Assembly: GCA_022605425.2 (NCBI GenBank) | Contig: JAKIMF020000001.1 | Location: 620,001 to 684,000 of the forward strand | Direction: 5' to 3' | Origin: Hamiltosporidium tvaerminnensis FI-OER-3-3 | Taxonomy: Eukaryota; Fungi; Microsporidia | Length of the DNA: 64,000 nucleotides | Part shown: one piece after another, positions 60,797 through 64,000 of the stretch | Layout: every line of letters begins with the position of its first letter | Numbering within the stretch: position 1 is the first letter of the stretch | Made by a program: the position numbers and the translations under genes | Notes under the pieces: model-generated | The model's input: only the letters and a program-made list of their open reading frames with translations | What the model was told of the DNA's origin: nothing | Database searches by the model: none

Positions 60797-63739
60797 AAGC
60801 TTAAAATCGTGTTTGTATTTATAGTTTCAGATTTATAATTTAACTATTATCTTTGGAATCACAGAAGGACTTATTGTAGCACGAAAAATATTATTTGTTC
60901 TTAAAAATCCAAAAACTAATATTTGTTGTGCATTATAATTGCTAGAAAAACGTTTAGAATTCTATAAATTAAATTTTAAAAAGATTATATTCGATTTTAC
61001 TAAAATCAATTTTTTAATATAATCATGTATTTCTTTAAATATCTCATAGAAACTTAGACAACATGTTTGAAACTTAGAGTAAAAATTTAATATATAATTT
61101 AAAGTTAGAATATTTCTAAATATATTAAAAATTAAAATAGAATGTTTTTTTAGATTTCCAAAGGAAGAATAATTTCAAATCCTAGAATATTAATCAGAAA
61201 TCTTCGAATTTTGAACCCATGTTGTATATTTCAGTTTAGATCAAAATTCTAATTTATTTTTTAGGTGTTATCAAACAATAAAAGTTTAAATTCTCATATC
61301 TTAATTTTATATTTAAAAGCAGGATTATTTTTTATTGATTTTTTCCAAAAACTTGTAGCAAGCATATGCGTTTATGTTAATTATTTTTCCCAAAAACCCA
61401 AATATATATTTCTAGATCATTTTCGTGCGTTAAAACACAAGCCTCGGAAATTTAGCAGATTTATAATAGGTTATTTGCTTATAGAGGCATAAAATTTTTT
61501 GAAATTTACTGAATCAACTATTTGAACCCAAAAATATGTAATTAGGGAGTTTCTTTATCAAAGGAGAAAAAAACGCCATATTTCATCAACTATTTACAAT
61601 TACAAATCTTTTATAAAATTGATTAAATGAGCACACGCAATGCTCAACGATAGGAGTTTCTTAGAAATTGTAATCCATAATATTATTTGATTCGGTTTCA
61701 TCTCCTTTTGGATGAATGGGGAAAAATATAGTTTTAAATATGTTTCATTACCTATATAATTCTGAATTAGCTATTTTACAAACCAAACTATTCTTTTTTA
61801 AAGCTTTATTTCAAATTTTTTACATAGAATAAAAACTTATTCTAGTTGTTTGACTATGAACCTAATTTCTAGAATAATTAACATAGCAGTTTCCAAGCCG
61901 AAATATAACTCTAGATAGTAATCTTTCAGAAGATCTCAAAAGTGAACCAAGAACGCTTCTAAATTAAATAAATACATATAATTCATGATATGAAATAAAG
62001 TAATGTCGAATTAATTTACATAAAATATGAAAAATATTTAAATAAAGTTAAAAAGATGAATTTAACAAAAAGCAGTAATAGTCGACATTCTTCTTATTAG
62101 AGAACATAATCATGAATGTTTTATCCAAACTCAAGAGATACAAATTTCGATATTTGCAATTTAAAATCTTATTTTAGTTCTAAATACTGTTTTTTTTATC
62201 GATCTTAACTTAAAATATGTGCAGAACCATTGAAATTAACAAAACTAATAACATTTCTTAAAATAAAAGTGGTTTATCACAGCTATCATATTTTACTCCC
62301 CAATTAAAAGCTAGCCCAATTGTCTAAATTTATAAATGAAACACGAAAGTATCATGGATGTTGAAAGGCTACCAAAAGCGGGTGGTTGATATAAGTGAAA
62401 CTTTGGAAAGGTCTTCAATATGAATATAATAAAAAAAATATAGACAAAGTATGAAATACAACTCTACTTATTCTAAGTATACAAGAAAAATGTAAAATTG
62501 TTTTTTAATTCTTTTAATTCTTATAACTACAATTATATTTAAGTTGATGCATACTAATCAGTAGATTAAAGTTCAAAAATGTTTTCAAAGGAATGCGAAT
62601 AATACAATATTTTTCAAATTCTAAATATAATTGTTTCTGCATCAACATGAGAATAGAAAAACTTTCTAAATATTTGAAATTCTGCAGTTTATTTTATCGT
62701 TTGGGAGATTTATGAATACCGGGAAATTCATTAAGCCAAAATCTATTTAAATAAAGATGAAACTCGAAAAATTCACTATTTTGAGTTTATTTTCCGCGAA
62801 TTATTGCTAAAAAACTTAAATTTGAATGATATCGGAAATTTTTATGAATCCATTGAGATAACATAGTTTTATTACAAAATTCTGAAAAAAACATGCAATT
62901 GTCGAAGTTTTGTATAAAATCAAAACAATTTGAAGCAGATTTTTTCAGAATAAACTATTACACATGAATATAGAAAAGTCTGCCTATATATGCAATTCTT
63001 AAGGTATTTAGTGTTTTAATGTGGTTTTTAAAAATATATGTCTACCTTTTAAAAGACAAGAATATTTTATCTTGTACAAATCACTAATCAGATGGAAATT
63101 TATAGTTTTTCTAAAATATGCTTAAAAATGAGACACCATCATTTTTTTTGTACATTTATACCAAGAACTTATAAAATATGGTTAAATTTCTTATAAATTT
63201 AGTATTATTCATAGAAATTAAAACTTAATAGCTGGTGTCATTCATTTTATCTGAAAATTGTTATTCGGTTACAAATTACTTAATTTTTTAAAAATTCTAT
63301 TGATATATATGTAGAAATCATCAGCCAAAGGTTTAAAGTAAATGTGTTTCAATTCTAAATGTGTTTTCAAAAATTTACCACCAAAAAATTTCGGATTACA
63401 AAAGAATAACTTGATGTAAAACCAAAGCCAAAACGATATAATATTTTTTTTAATTATTTCAAAATTTATTCTAAGAAAAGAAATACCTATATAAAATTAA
63501 AAATAATTTAAAAGTTTGCAAGGCTCAAAACGATGAATTCATATAGTATAAAAATCGAAAGAAAAAATCTCGGGCGAAACTAATCGAGCTCGGAATATCA
63601 TGATTTTGAACTATATATAACTATGCCTACACGTGATTTTCACCTTTTAATCAACCTATATCTTTGTTTTTGATTATAATCTATTCTTTCTATCTATTTA
63701 ATGTTTTTCCCTTTAAAAAACTCCGATTTTGTAATATTT

Positions 63740-63880
63740 ATACCACTAAGCATCTTTCACGGGTCTGTCAACGTTCCCTAGCGGTCCCTTCCTCTTTTCG
63801 CTTATTTTTTTTTCAAAACTCTAATAGATTTAAAATTTGAGGAACATCTGATTAACGAGCATCAACAAATACGGAATACC
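63740..63880 (-). mobile_element. Possible RTE LINE remnant
   Basis: Degenerate KRKRGRP..RW-like GC-rich patch. Confidence 0.25.
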
Positions 63881-64000
63881 TTGAATTTATAATTATCTAA
63901 AAAAGCCATTATTTTTTTTAATTTTTTAAATTTCATACTAATATATAAATGAATTGGTAGTAAACATGTTTCAAAAAATCTTTATGTTCTTCTGCAAATG

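Noticed and set aside
1-64000. Genome-wide stop-codon reassignment
   Set aside because: Conserved host genes end at the expected positions with TAA (VMA6, RPS25) and TAG (calcineurin, GOT1) and have no internal stops

Overview
A very AT-rich eukaryotic window that looks microsporidian: compact divergent genes, CCC/GGG motifs just before the ATGs, and long repeat-filled intergenic tracts. It resembles a large-genome lineage such as Hamiltosporidium (inference). Housekeeping genes are V-ATPase d, RPS25, tRNA-Glu, calcineurin A, ALG2, Snf7, an AT-hook/GLTSCR1 protein, an alpha-arrestin, INCENP, KNL1/Spc105, a small KEN+D-box protein, GOT1, a PI31-like protein and a degenerate pantothenate kinase. 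There are also two paralogous, probably secreted BTB-like/LRR proteins and one 46-nt spliceosomal intron. Mobile DNA includes a full-length RLE-type non-LTR retrotransposon with three further copies (one 5'-truncated, one 66-bp, one decayed), an intact DD34E Tc1-like transposon with foldback-like TIRs, two TSD-flanked RTE-derived SINE-like elements and several decayed remnants. The most unusual item is an unannotated ~700-bp dispersed family (at least 9 copies) with protein-coding substitution patterns but shared in-frame stops. Also notable are a mitotic gene neighbourhood with E2F-like sites, the pseudo-PanK, and recurrent tandem duplication of gene 3' ends.
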